From Camelus dromedarius (lineage: Eukaryota), in assembly GCF_036321535.1 (NCBI RefSeq), contig NC_087436.1, forward strand, positions 51,090,001 through 51,154,000: 64,000 bases of DNA, written 5' to 3'. A program made the translations under genes and the position numbers. Position 1 is the first letter of the stretch. Each line of letters starts with the position of its first letter. Below, piece after piece: positions 36,776-49,990 of this stretch. Under the pieces are notes generated by a model, which saw nothing but the letters and a program-made list of their open reading frames with translations, was not told the origin of the DNA and did not search any database.

Positions 36776-38099
36776 TTAGGCAGATAGGCCTATGGTATGT
36801 TAAGTTCTGTAATTAAAAAAACAGAATTTCGTTGACACACGGAAGAAAATACAGTCACATACTTTTAAGAAAAACCTTGTATCCCTCAGGGCACCTACCA
36901 CAGGGCACAGCATCTTGACTGCTACGTGACACATTTCTTTAATTAATGAATGTATTACCGTTGGGCTCAGTCACCTACATCAGTATCATTAGGTGATATT
37001 CTCTATTGCAATTAAATTAGGACAATTCTATCATTTATTAATTGACTTTCTGTCCCAACTTAGAGACTTCTGGGGTCTTTTTCTTTGAGAAATAATGAAT
37101 TTAGCTGTTGCTATATTTAGCTTTATAGCTTTTGGGTTCTTGATTTTATTTGATGAATTCTATTTCATCTTTTAATGGGCAAAATCCTTTTTGGACTTTG
37201 AAAAACCTGACTTTTAAATATCAGCTTTTCTTAGTTTAGACAGGTCATTTTATAAATTAATTAACTATCTTAACATATTTTATATATTTAAAATGATAAT
37301 TGGAGCTCCCATAAAGTGGATATGACACTGTCACACCATAAACTCCTGACCTGAGGAAGGACATTGGAGAGGCTCACTGAGGCAGTACGGTATTGTGTTT
37401 CTCTCACTGGGGAATCCATTTCTGCTCAGACACCTAATCTGGAAATTACTCTTCTCAGTCAAGTCCAAATGAGATAAAATCCTCCCCTCCTCACAGAAAG
37501 CATGAGGCTGGAGAACACACGGGGCAGACTGCTGAGTGTGCCGCTCAGAGTCCAGTTCCTGTCTCGCTGAGAGCAGCCCATTTAGACAGAACCAGTGTTA
37601 GTGGCAGATGCTTTGTGGTGCATTGAGCATAGCCAACCTCTTCAGAAATACTATTGATCAAGATAGAACTCACTATGACCTAGAAGCCTTGATGATTCCA
37701 CAGAGTAGAGGTCCCATACCTGGTCAGACTTATGTGAAAGAGGAATGAACTATCAGATTTGTCGCTGCTACTTTGTGTCTCCGTCATACACAATTTGTAC
37801 TGTGTCCTAATTCCTTAGTCCCTCAACCTCTGGGCCAACCATGCTGAACTAAATACAGTCCCTAACCTTGCTATAAACTTTTCAAACTCCTTCTTACCTT
37901 TACCTGTACTTGAACTGCATTTTCAAATACATTTTCTCCATGAGCCAAGGTGGACTCCTACTAATTTTTCAAGACTCAGATGAAATCTTACTCTCTCTTG
38001 GAAGTCTTCCTTGATATTTCCATGTAGAGGTGATAATCCTTTCATGATTTCCTTCAGTAGACCTTCTACATCATTAAAATTATGACAATATGCAGACTC

Positions 38100-38335
38100 T
38101 ATTGAGTATCTACTCTGTGTCAAGTACCTTAAATTTGCTTGACATAAAATAGCTCATTTACTCTCTGAATAGCCTTGCAGGGTGTGTGTATTAAACTCAT
38201 TTTATAGATGAGAAAAATCTAAACTTAGTGAGAGAGGCTGGGTAGTCTGCCACACGTCATAACGTTAGAGTAAACAGTAGAGCTGGAACTCAAAGACAGA
38301 TTAACTGGATTCCAATCCCATGTTCTATCCACTCT
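38100..38335 (-). mobile_element. MIR SINE
   Basis: ctcattttatagatgagaaaa...agagctggaactcaaagacag. Confidence 0.7.
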
Positions 38336-38639
38336 GCCTTCATTGCAGTCCCCCCTCCTATGGTGTCACATTTATTTGCTTCCATGTACACCTCGTCCAG
38401 TTATACCCTGGATTCCTCATATTGAGCTCCTTGTGGGAGCTCAGTATATACAAGTATATACACTCAACTTCCCTCTCCAGTTGTCTTCCAAAGTTATGGT
38501 ATAAACTCTAGGGATAATGCCCACCTCAGGTGCAGAGCCAAGGGCAATCACTGCTTGTCCTCGGATTTCTCCTTGGATCGTGTGTCTGTAATTGTCTGAT
38601 GCTTCGTATCTTAGGCTGGCTCTGGTTACTGTTTGACAG

Positions 38640-38917
38640 GGTACTAGTCTACTCGGGCTGGCATAACAGAATGCCACAGACTGGGTGGCTTAAACAACAT
38701 TTATTTGCTCACAGTTATAGATGCTGGGAGTCCAAAATCAGGGTGCTATCAGGGCTGGTTTCTGGTGAGACCTCCCTTCCTGGCTTGTAGATGGACTCAC
38801 GCTTGTTGTGTCTTTATATAGCCTTTACTCTGTGCCTTGAAACCCTAGTGTCTTTCTCTCTCCTCTTATAAGGACACCAGTCCTATTAAATTAAGGCATC
38901 CACCCAGATGACCTCAT
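38640..38917 (-). mobile_element. MLT1A/B LTR, truncated
   Basis: gggctggcataacagaatgccacagactgggtggcttaaacaac...cttataaggacaccagtcctatt. Confidence 0.85.
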
Positions 38918-39228
38918 TGTTGAAATCAATTTCTGGACTCAAGATGGAACTTCTCCTGCCTGAGGTGCCAAGTCAGACACAAAAACTTGGAAAACCTTCC
39001 TTTCCCTGTAAACCCTCTGCTTGACCGGAAACACTGAATATCCAGTCAGCCAGTCTCCAAACGCCAAGCTAATTCTGGGCTCTAGACTTATCACCTTGTT
39101 TCTTTATCCTATAAAAGTTTCTTGTCTTCCACCCCATTTTGCAGTTCTCTTGGGAATGAAGACTGTCTGCTTCCTGAAGTGTTAGTTTGTTTGTATCACC
39201 TAAATTGTCTTCTTTCATCATTTTTAAC
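38918..39228 (+). mobile_element. ERV1-type solo LTR
   Basis: TG...CA termini (tgttgaa ... tttttaaca), caagatgg motif and TATA cctataaaa. Confidence 0.6.
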
Positions 39229-41176
39229 ACTACAAAAACGAGTCTTCCTTTCCAGTATGTTCCATGGACACGACTGCCTGAATGTGTGGTGAGAATGTGA
39301 AGTGTGCCAGCTCATCCTACCCAGTCCTCAGTTTCCTGATCTTTAAAATGGGGATAATAATAACAGATCCTCCTATCTCACAACTGGATTTTTCTTTTCT
39401 TTTCCTTTTCTTCATATTAAATACAATAATATCCAGAAAGTGCTTTGCCAACCAAAGGTGCTATGTCTAAAACATCCTTTCCCCAACTGCCTGGTAAATT
39501 TTGACTCATTTTTAAGACTCAGACTAAATATCACCTCTGCTGTGAGCTATTATTTTTCCTTATCATTATTACTGACTGGTGGATGGGTAAAGTTTTTCCA
39601 CCCCAGGGCCCAAGCCTAATACAGGTAAAATATAAAAAGAGCATAGATAATTTGCTGAAGTCTTGCAAGTAATCAGCCCTTCCTTCTCTAACCAAAGTTC
39701 CTACATGGTCCGGTGTGTTCAGACACAGAGCAGACTTCTTGTCCTTTCCTTCTTTCTCTCCCCACTTCTTACCAATGTCCTATGAAAAGAGTGTAAGATT
39801 TGAAGTAAGACTGATCAGGGTTTAAACCTTGATTCGGCAACTACTTCCTTATCTGACCTTGGGCAGCTCATTTCGCCTCTGTGATTCTTACTGCTCTCTG
39901 GGCCAATCTGAGACTTCAGGCAGAACTGCTTTCCTGATTCACCTCCTTCCTCTGCATGGCCAGGAAGTGCGGGGCTGTGGGTGCAAGGGAGAAAGGAGGG
40001 GGTGTGGGGGAGGGAAGAGTATTGAGAACTGTGAGGAGAGGTGGCATTTGTGTCATTCTCTGTGGTTGTATTGCCACATCTGTCCCCAAATCGGGATCCA
40101 GCTCCAAAATCCATGAATCTTACATGTTCATTTCCTGCTGAGTAAAATCAGGCCTCTGTTATCTTTTACAGTAAGTGTTGCTTTTCGTGCTGTGGGGGGA
40201 CAGATGTCATAGTTGATGCACAGACTTCTGGGAAGCAGGGGAGGGGGCAGGAGGCCGTCTGGTAAAGCAGGTGGGCAGGCCATGGACGCCCGGAAAGCAT
40301 GTGTGTCTGGGGTGTTGGTTACTGTGCTGACCTGGCTGAGAGTCTAGAGAGCTTGAATTTTCCAAGAAGGAAAAAAAATTTTTTCTGGCACTTGGGACTG
40401 AACGAAATAAATTAACCATCTCTGATTGGTTTCAGATTCGCAGGTCTCCGAGGAATTTGAAAAGGGTGTGGCAATTAAGCAATCGTGGAAGCTCCACATA
40501 CTGAATACACTAAGTATTTTGAGGCTTGCACAAGTTCTGAATACGGTCCAGGTCTTTTTAGTAAACATCTATTGCATTTCTCAAAACAGAAATGGCTGAA
40601 GGAAAAAAAAAATAAAGAAACACCTAAAGAGAAGAATGAACGAATTTATAAAAGGACAGAAAAGGTTTTTGAGCTGAAGACTCTGAGTAAATGCTCTTTT
40701 ATTAAAGGATGATCTGTAATGCTTAGCAGTGACTTAGAGGCTTTTTCTCCCTGCCCTACCCCTCTGGTAGATATAGATTCATTCTTTTTATCAGAGTGAT
40801 ATTTTGTTCAATGGGCAATGTTTGTCTGTATCCATGTCTGGTGATAGTCTTAAGACACAGGCAATACAGAAGTGATTTGAGGGACTCCAGGGAAATGAAT
40901 TCACCAGTAGCTACGAGCAAAGTACTGGAGTTAAAATTTGCATCTGGGAAGGGTGCAAAACAGGATTCAAAGCAGATTTGTTAGGCTCGGCAGCCTGTTT
41001 CCCTGGGCTGGCCTTGACAATGCCGCTCCGTCTCCCAGGGCTGTCGCGAGGACTGAAGAATGTGTGCCATTTGTAAAGTAGGTGCACAGTAGGTGTTTTT
41101 CAACTGTTAGTTCCCTTGCCCTTGACCTCAATGACAAAACGATGCCCATATCAAAATTATTTCCATCTCCAAGGTA

Positions 41177-41198
41177 TGCGTGTGTGTGTGTGTGTGTA
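41177..41198. repeat. (TG)n microsatellite
   Basis: Directly visible. Confidence 0.85.
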
Positions 41199-42004
41199 TT
41201 TGTGACACAGGGATGGTCTTAATAAAATGTACATGTTGGTACAGTATCCGGTGGTTAACTGATCTTGAAAAAGATGTTCAGCTCTGGATCATTTAGTTTT
41301 CTTTTATTTAAGGGACAATAAGTTTCTATTTTCTGTTTTACTTTGGACATAGATTTAAGAGGAGGCCTAAATATTAGGGGGTTTTAGGAAGAAACATACT
41401 TAAGTGGAAACTGTGGCCCCACATCCAACGTCTAAAGGGTAGGCCAAGGGCGACTTTCATGGGGTTCCAAGGGAGGCGGAAACTGGCTGGCGTGAAAAGC
41501 CTCTTCACTGGGGAGTTCAGACTAAGCTGAGTGTCGTGGCACCAGGGCTCAGCAGGCTGCTGTGAGGACCACAAACCTGTGGGCCAGAGTCTTATGATGT
41601 AGCAAGAGTTGATTTGAAGAAAGGACATACTTTCAAGGGAAATGGTAATAAGGCAAGATTACCTCAGGGTCAGTGGGGTGACCCAACCATCCGGTAGTGA
41701 TGATGTGCATCGAATCTCTGAAAGGCCTTTGACCATCACTGTCTAACAGCCTAGCTCTGGCCATTCTGAGGCTGTGTGCTGACTGATGTTTTCTTTGAAG
41801 AGAACCTTGAATTGCAGTTTCAAACTAGAAAGAAAAAGTAATCAATAGTTAAAGAAAAGCAAGGCAGGTAATGAGCCCCAGTTTAGGCTGTTGAATGTAC
41901 TGCAAATATATGCTGGGAATTTACACTAGGGAGTGAGCTGGAATCTGAACCTTCCTACAGAAGCTTTCAATAAAGACTCTTGCTTCTTTCTTTGCTTCTT
42001 GCAG

Positions 42005-42079
42005 GAGACTATGTTGATTTTCCTTTTTACCAAATGGAAAAAACAATGTGTGAACAGAGAAAGACAGCCAGAGTGACAG
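42005..42079 (+). other. Candidate 75-nt exon (unidentified)
   Basis: ctcttgcttctttctttgcttcttgcAG | GAGACT...GTGACAG | GTGAGT: strong acceptor and donor in unique DNA, with one open frame (phase 1-1). Confidence 0.4.
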
Positions 42080-43809
42080 GTGAGTTTTGCAAAGCTCAAA
42101 GTATCACACACATTTCCCTGCTGTTTGCCAACACGCTGATGTGGGCCCCAGCTCAGAGTCTGTCAGTGTTCTGTCAGTCCTGCTTAATCAAGGAAAGAAG
42201 TTCGGCTTAACATCTTTCTCTTTTCCCCACATTGTGCACCTCTGCAAAAACAAAACCGGCACTGAATAAAACACAACAAACAAAAGCAAATACCCATCCA
42301 AGACGCTGAGTGATTTACCTCTTATGGGGATTAAACATGACAGAGGCTGAACTCATGAAATGGTGAGTCACTGTGAGCAGCTGAGCAGCTGTCACTGTGA
42401 GGTTGTTACTGTTTTTCAGTCTGGCCCAGACATGCAGTTCAATTAAAGAAGGTACCAACTCCAGGGGTTTGGTATTGGGGATCTAATTATGGACATGATT
42501 ACTTGTGGGCCTTCAAGATGCTTGGAGATACAGAGAGGTTTCTGCCCCGTTTGGACACCCTCCTTGCATGGGTTCTGACTCACTCAGACACCCTTCTTAC
42601 TTGGATTTTTACTTATGCTGGGCTGATTTCTTATCTGCTGGACCATCCTCTTACCCTCATGTGGGACATGGCCACCACTGGGCTGCCATGAAGGAAAGAA
42701 GAAAAGAAAGAAGGAAAAAAAGAAGAAGGAATCTAAAGAAATAACTTCAGAGTTAATGATATTTTTTAAAAAGCCATTTATATAGCCATTGTCTTTTTGA
42801 AAACTCAAGCTCACATTGCTTTATAGCTATTATTATAGAATCATTGTATTGAGGCTTGAAAGAAAAGTTAGAATGTCTAATCAAATTCTCTCATTTAACA
42901 TGCATGTGATGGTTACTCAGGACAAGTTACTTGGAAAGGTCATGTAATTAATCAAAAGTCATAGTCTGATTAAGAAGCCAAGGTATCCGGAAGGTTCTGG
43001 TGCATTAGAAGATTTTTTTTTTAATGTTTTACTTGAAACCAAAAGAGTAATATATTCCCCTTAAGATCTCGATTTCTAAACCTGTGAAAGAGTAAAAGCT
43101 TAGCTAAATTTATTTTCTGTCAAATTGATATCAGGGAGTTTCTTCCTTAATACTTTGATACAGGAAAAGGGAATGAGAAGTATTTGCTGAGTGCCTGGTC
43201 TTTCAGGAAGAAAACCAGGCTCCTTTGCTTAGTTAAATAACCCCAACTTCACCTATGTGAAGTTCTTAAGGGATAAAGATGAATACTTAACAACATAGAT
43301 CTTCAGTGTAAACCACATCATTTTTCAACTGAGGACTTCATCTTTGCTTTTAGTAGTTAGCTCTTTAGACAGATGATCCCTATTATGAAGCAATGGTGGT
43401 TCATTTACCTCAGTTTAAAAATAGACATATTCTTAACAGGAATGGTTGATGGACTGTTCAATTCCCAGGATGTTCATCCTCTTTAACATTGTTCCAAACT
43501 GGGTAGCTGCTTCAGGGAAACATGGTTAGGATGTGAATGGTGGAGTGACATATATAAAGCCAGTTACACTTCAAGTTTGCTTGTTAATCAAAGCCTGGGA
43601 TCTAAAAAAAAAACCCAGGCTGTCAACTTATGAGATGGTTTTATATATTATATTTCTTCTAGTAAACTAGTTTAAAGAATGCATGCTCATTTGTTAATAT
43701 GATTTGAGGGGAAGATATAAAAATACATCTACAACTATTGCTTAATATCTCAACTATAAAATATTGATGAAGAAAGTTTAATATATTTTAAGTAAATTAG
43801 TGATAAGAA

Positions 43810-43965
43810 TATCTATTCAGCACCTATGATGTGTTAGACACTATTGATTTACCCATTTTAATGCTCACAATAATCACAGTAGGTGGAGCAAATTTATTCC
43901 TATTTTTAGAGGCTAAGAAATCGGGAACTTGGTGTCCGAGATCACATAGTTATAGAAGGTGGACA
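43810..43965 (-). mobile_element. MIR SINE
   Basis: cacctatgatgtgttagacact...tttaatgctcacaataa...gtccgagatcacatagt. Confidence 0.6.
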
Positions 43966-44392
43966 CCAAGCTCAAGGAGCTTGAAATAAGCATGTAGGGA
44001 GTCCTTGCTTGCCACACAAATCTTCATTCAGGGAGTCCCCAAAGTAAAGTTACGGATTTCTGTAAAGAAGCACAAGTCCTCATAACATGAAAATGTTTAC
44101 TCATGAACTTCTGCTAATAACATCAATCTCCAGTCGTGCTTCCTTTAACACCACTAGAGATTTTGATGCCTATAGTGTGCCTTCTCTGTCAGCCCCTGAC
44201 CAATTTTGGGATGCCAGGATAAAATGCAGATCAATTGCCATGTGAAATTTCAAATCTTGCACAAAGGCAGGATTACACGCAGTGTTGAACACAGTGCTGA
44301 AGAACTTCTCAACCTTTTACTGCAAAAAGAACATTAGGTACAATTAAACCAGTTAGCAGTAGAAGACAGTGGAAATCTACCCAGATGACAGA

Positions 44393-45110
44393 GTTTTTTT
44401 TTTTTTTAAATTTTGGTAAAAAACTACATAAATTGCTGACTTTTGACAAATACCTCCACTTGTGCAACTCAAATATATATCCCTACTGAGATATGGACCT
44501 TAACCTTCACCACAGAAACCTTGTACTCATTCCCAGTTAATATTCATACCCACTGCCCCAGAGAAAACTATTATATTCATTTTTTCCACCGTAGATTAAT
44601 GTAACCAGTTGTAGAATTTCCCATATATATATTCATACTGTATGTGCTCTTTTTGTAAGGTGTCTTTCATTCAAGATATTCTTTTTGAAATTCATCCATG
44701 TTGTTACACGCATCAGTAACTTATTCCTTTTCATTTTGGAGTAGTAGTCTATTATATAAACATACCACAGTTCATGATGGCATTTGGGCTGTCCGCAGTG
44801 TTTAACAATTACGAATAAACTTGTGAAGAGAATTCATGCACAGATGTTTTTGTAAACATATACAGCTGTCCCTTGGCATCCCAGGAGATTGGATCTAGGA
44901 CTCCTGTGGATTCCAAAACCCACAGATTCTCAAGACCCTTAGGTGCAGTGGTGTAGAACATCCCTCATCTGCTGACACGGGGGGCTGACTGTACTTTCAT
45001 TTCTCTTGTGTAAATTTCTGGGAGTGGAATTGCTGGGTCGTAGACTAGGTGTGTTTTGCTTTGCAAGACACTAGCAGACCTTTTTCTGAAGTGCTCTTAC
45101 CATTCTCATT
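44393..45110 (-). mobile_element. Old L1 (L1ME-like) 3' region interrupted by a Tigger MITE
   Basis: ttcatccatgttgtt...gatgggcatttgggctgt...tgggagtggaattgctgggtcgtag continues on both sides of the MITE. Confidence 0.75.
44863..44991. mobile_element. MER2-like TcMar-Tigger MITE
   Basis: TA|cagctgtccctt ... ggggctgactg|TA gives TIRs with a TA TSD. Confidence 0.8.
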
Positions 45111-45529
45111 TAGGTTTTAAAAATGACCATTTTGGTTGCAATGTGGAGAGGATTTTAAGGAAACAGGGATAGACTCTGGGAAGCCAGTATATTGTCACAG
45201 CCTAGAGCCAGAACCTATGTGTAGGTTTTACCCAATTTTTTTGGTTAAATATTTGTATGTTTTTTAATTGCTAGTAAAGCTGGTATCTGACTCAGAATGT
45301 GATAACTAACCATAGGGCCAGTTTCAGCTGTGTACTTTGGAACCATGTAAGGAATTTACAACTCCAGCTCTACTTACAGGAAAGAATCCTTCAATTTAGA
45401 GAAGGTAATACTTGTAAATCACACAGGGAGGATATTCCTGTAAGCCTCTGTGCTGTTTTCCAGGTGAGTTATGAGGTGTCAAATAAAGCTGTATTAGTTT
45501 TTTTTAATCACAAGACTTACATATTTTTC

Positions 45530-46510
45530 TTTTTTTTATGAAATTAAAGTTCAGATCCAGAAAAACCACACAGAGTTATGTAACTCTGAGTTATTATAAA
45601 CTGAATGCTCTTTTAACTACCACCTAAGCCAAAATATAAAGTTTTTCCAGCCATTCCAGAAGGCCCTCCAGGTGACCTGTTCTGGTCACACAGGCCCCTC
45701 TCTCCAAAGGTAACCACTACCCTGACTCTTATGATAATCACTTCCTTTTTTCATGATTTTTATCACTTAAGTGTGCATTATTTGACACGATAGTTGATTT
45801 TTCCCATTTGAAAAATGCAGTATCTTTTATGTCTTTTTAATCTATGGGCTAGCCTCCATTCCATTCTCTGTGTTACAGTTTGTTAAAGAACCTAGGCCAT
45901 TTCACTCACGTGTCTTGCAGCCTGGACTGTTTTCACGGCATCCTCATGGTGCAGTTCAACACACTGCTTTATCCTCTGTATTTCCTGAGCATTGGCAGCT
46001 GGGTCCAGTAGCTTGGTCAGACTCACATTTAATTCCATGGACCCATATGTTTTTCTGGTGTTACCAGACATTGACACTCATCACTGCAAAGTATTCATTC
46101 ACTGGGGCTTGCAAAAAGGGTGAGGCTCTAATTCTGTCATTTGGTTTTCAATTATTAGCTGAAATACTTTTATTAAGAGATGCTCCCTTCACCTACTATT
46201 AGGCTACCTAGAAGTACAATTTATATAGGAAAGGCTGCATAATAAAAATTTTTTTTTTCTTTTTTTATTGAGGTATGGTGGATTTGCAATATTATGTTCA
46301 TTTCTGGTATATAGCATAGTGTTCATTTATACATTTATATATTCCTCTTCATATTTTATTCATTATAAGCCATTACAAGGTATCGAATATAGCTCCCTGT
46401 GCTATATGATAGGATCTTGCAGTTTTGATTTGTGCCCTTTACTCACCAGTTTTTAGGTGAAAAATTGGATTTGGTTCCATAGCATCCCCTGAAGATGAGT
46501 GATTGATTTT
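45530..46510 (-). mobile_element. L1MC-like 3' UTR with a nested younger L1 3' end (about 46248-46420)
   Basis: ataggaaaggctgcataa is an L1MC-type motif, interrupted by poly-T plus ttattgaggtatggtggatttgcaat...ctccctgtgctatatg. Confidence 0.65.
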
Positions 46511-47139
46511 ATATATGTATAGGGGGAGGGAGTTTGTAAAAGATTTTGGAAACTTCTCTTACCTGGAATGGTTCCATTGTCAAGTTTTACATTGTGTGAA
46601 TGTGTGAGTTTGTGTGACAGGAGAAACAAAATAGGGCTATTCTTAGCAACACTAGGAAGCACTTTCTGTAAATATTCTATGAATTGTGTGTCAAAGTTCA
46701 ACACTGAAGTTCTTGGTCATTTTAGAGCTAAAATGGTTCTGTTTCTAATTTGGGCTTTGCTTTGACTATAGTTATTCATTTTGTAAGTGATGTCCTTCTA
46801 GTTAATGGAGTTAAGGTATAAACAGGTGAAATAAAAAAGCGTAATTGCCATTTAATGTAGAAGAATAATGAATATCGCCGTGATGAACCATGGTCCCTAA
46901 AGACTACTGGCTAGGATAGCTGATCTTAGCCAGTTTCTGTTGCCTGAGTTCTGAATCCAATAGTCTTCTTACCGGTTGTTTGAATTATCTACTGCTGAAG
47001 CTGCCATCCAGAGGTAGGTTGGTTTATCCAATTTAACCAGCAATCAGTCTGTGCTACCTGTGCCCGCTCTGTGCTCCGAGAGGAGATACAACGGTGAATG
47101 AAACATGCTTCTATCTTTGAGAACATATATATCCAAAAG

Positions 47140-47404
47140 CAGTGTTACTCAAAGTGTGGGCCGTGGACCAGTGCCAGCCCACAAACTGTTTCTTACTGAG
47201 TTGATTATGAAATAAGTACAGCAATTAGGAGTTAACGTTTAAGAAAGATTACAGAAGTTTAGCAGTAATTTTATGTGTGTTGGTATCATTCTGCTAGTCA
47301 TGTCATTGCCTTTTTATTGTATTTTGAAAAAGTATTGCTCTGAGACAGACTGGAAATTTTAAAATCTAAAAATTCTATGCCACTGATAGTTTCAGAAGCA
47401 CCTG
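47140..47404. mobile_element. hAT-Charlie MITE (Charlie18a-like)
   Basis: TIRs cagtgttactcaaagtgtgg ... tttcagaagcacctg. Confidence 0.7.
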
Positions 47405-47559
47405 TTAAATGTATAAGTCAGACATGTAGATAAATAACTACAGGTAATCGAATGGTTCAAACAAAACCCATAAATGACTGATAACTAGGTTTCTTGTCAT
47501 CAAATTAACTTTGGCTTAAATATTTTCTTATTTAATATCATGATAAGTGGTTTGACTTT

Positions 47560-48800
47560 TCTCTTTTATTATTATTTTAAATTGGGATATAATTCACTTA
47601 CAATAAAATCCACCCCCTTTAAAGTATACAAAACTTAATAGCTTTTAATGTATTCACAGAGTTGTGTACTCTTCACCACTATCTAATTCCAGAACATTAC
47701 TATCACCCTAAAAAGAAACCCTAAACCCATAAGCAGTCACTTCTCATTTTCCCATTCTCCCAAGCCCTTGGCAAACACTAATCTACCTGCTGTCTGTATG
47801 GATTTGCCTATTTTGGACATTTCCAATAAATAGAATCCTAGAGTATGTGGTCTTTTGTATCTGGCTTAGTTCATTTAGCAAAATGTCTTCATTTTTCATA
47901 ATGTTCTGATAAGTATCAGAAATTCATTCCTCTTTATGGCTGAATAATATTCCAATGTATTGGTTTTTTACCATGTATTATTTATCCATTCATCTGTTAA
48001 TGGATATTTGAGTTACTTCCACTTTTTGACTGTTTTGAATAATGTTGCTGTGTTACAAATTTTTCTGAGAACATACATTTGTTTTCAATTCTACTGGATT
48101 TATAAGAGTAGAATTGCTGGATCATATGTTAACTATGTTTAACTTTTTGAGGAACTACCAAAATGCTTTCCAAAGTGGCTGCAGTCTTTTTTCATTCTCA
48201 CCAGAATCATACGAAGTTTCCAATTTCTCCATATTCTTGTCAACAAGTGTTAGTGTTCATCTTTTAATGACAGCCATCCCAGTGGGTGTGAAGTGGTATC
48301 TCATTGTAATTTTTATTTGCATTTCCCTAATGATAAATAATGTTGAAAGTCTTTTCTGTGCTTATTGGCCATTTGTGTATCTTCTTGGATAAATGTATAT
48401 TCAAATTCTTTGTCCATTTTTTAATCAAGTTTTTTTTTTGTATTTTTGTTGTTGAATCATCAGAGTTCTTTATATATTCTGGATTCTAGGCTCTTATCAG
48501 ATACATGATTTGCAGTTTCTTCCTTTTTTTTTTTTTTTTTACCATTTTATGGGTTGTCTTCATTTTCTGGACTTTTTAAAGCACAAATTAATTTTAATGA
48601 ATTTAAATTCATCTATTTTTTTTTGTTCATCACTGTGCTTTAGGAGTCAAATATAAGAAATTATTGTCTAATCTCAGGTCACAGAGATTTGCACCTGTGT
48701 TTTCTAAGTGTTTTACTATCTTAGCTTTAGCATTTAGGTCTTTGATCCATTTTGAATTAATTTTTTGCATAAAGTGTGAGGTAGGGATTCAACTTCATTC
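47560..48800 (-). mobile_element. L1MB-like 3' UTR plus ORF2 end
   Basis: gtgggtgtgaagtggtatctcattgtaatttttatttgcatttccctaatga and ctctaattccagaaca-type motifs. Confidence 0.9.
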
Positions 48801-49259
48801 GGGTTAGGAATGGTAAATCCACAAAGTTCAACCATCACCTGATGATTGTATTCCTCCTACACTTAGCTTTTCCAAGTATCTGTGCAACCTGTGGTTCAAT
48901 CCCTCTAGTGAGAAGAAACTCTCTGTCAATAAGACCACCAATTCCACCTTGAACACTTCAAAACATTCAATAACCTAACCTTTTTTTCATTGAAACCTTC
49001 TGCAGAGAGTGGTAATACAAGGGAAATGAGACAAGATTTCTAGTAACAGTATGAGTAGTACAGTTGATTGGAAAGTTAAAATTACATATGATTTAAGAAT
49101 AATGACAATTTCTTTTTTATTTAGAAAATGAAAATTTTCTGAAAATCAAATATCAAAAATAAACCAAATAATAGGCATTCCTTTAAATTTATGGTCAATT
49201 TTTTCACTCTTAGGTCATAGTGGTCATATCATCATATGTATTATAGGAGAAATCCGTTA

Positions 49260-49990
49260 ATTAAAACATGTTTGTTGAGAGCCTTTACTTTAAGTGCTGT
49301 GGATAGTGAAAAAACTTGACAGTCGGTCTTTTAAGGAGCTTACAATCTCTTTGAAAAGTTTGGTAAAAATACAGAAAATAACTGAAAATATGAAGGCACT
49401 AACAATATGGATCAGTGAAGGGCTGAAAATAATAAAACTTAGGACTTCCCAGGAGGGAGAGGTACGAGTGGTCTGTGATGTATTGTGGAAGTAGGAGGAC
49501 ATGGGAACTGATGGAGGATGTGACTTTACCATGGAGGATGGAGGACATGGGAACTGATAGGATGAGGATGAAGATAAGGAGGCTGTTTCAGGCTGAACGA
49601 TGAGAGTCAGTGGGTGTAAGCACAGCTATGGAGGCAGGAAAGAAGAGTGCCTGGGGGCGGATCTGGTAACTGTAGGAGGTGAGGCTGACAAGGTAAAAAT
49701 GGGTCAGATGGTGGAGAACCAGGCTAAAGCATGCAGATTCTTGTTGGGCAAAGTTTTGAGAGTTACAGAATGAGTTTGAATAAAGAAGTGCTGTGTTCCA
49801 CAAACTCTAAACATCAGAAGAGGAAAGACACTGCAGTTATGTTGACTTTGTGATTACGGCAGAACTTCAGAATTGAAATGAAAAAGTCTGACCTATGTTG
49901 ATAGTAAAGAGTGGAAAAGTAGGGATGGATGTTAGTGAAGTTATACAAGAAGAGTTAAAAGAACTTAATAACTTGGCTTAGAAGCAAGAG
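49260..49990 (-). mobile_element. L2 fragment
   Basis: aaacatgtttgttgagagcc...aaggagcttacaatct, followed by an L2-like purine-rich body. Confidence 0.6.

Noticed and set aside
49494..49570. Duplicated ggaggacatgggaactgat unit
   Set aside because: Ordinary slippage duplication within a decayed L2.
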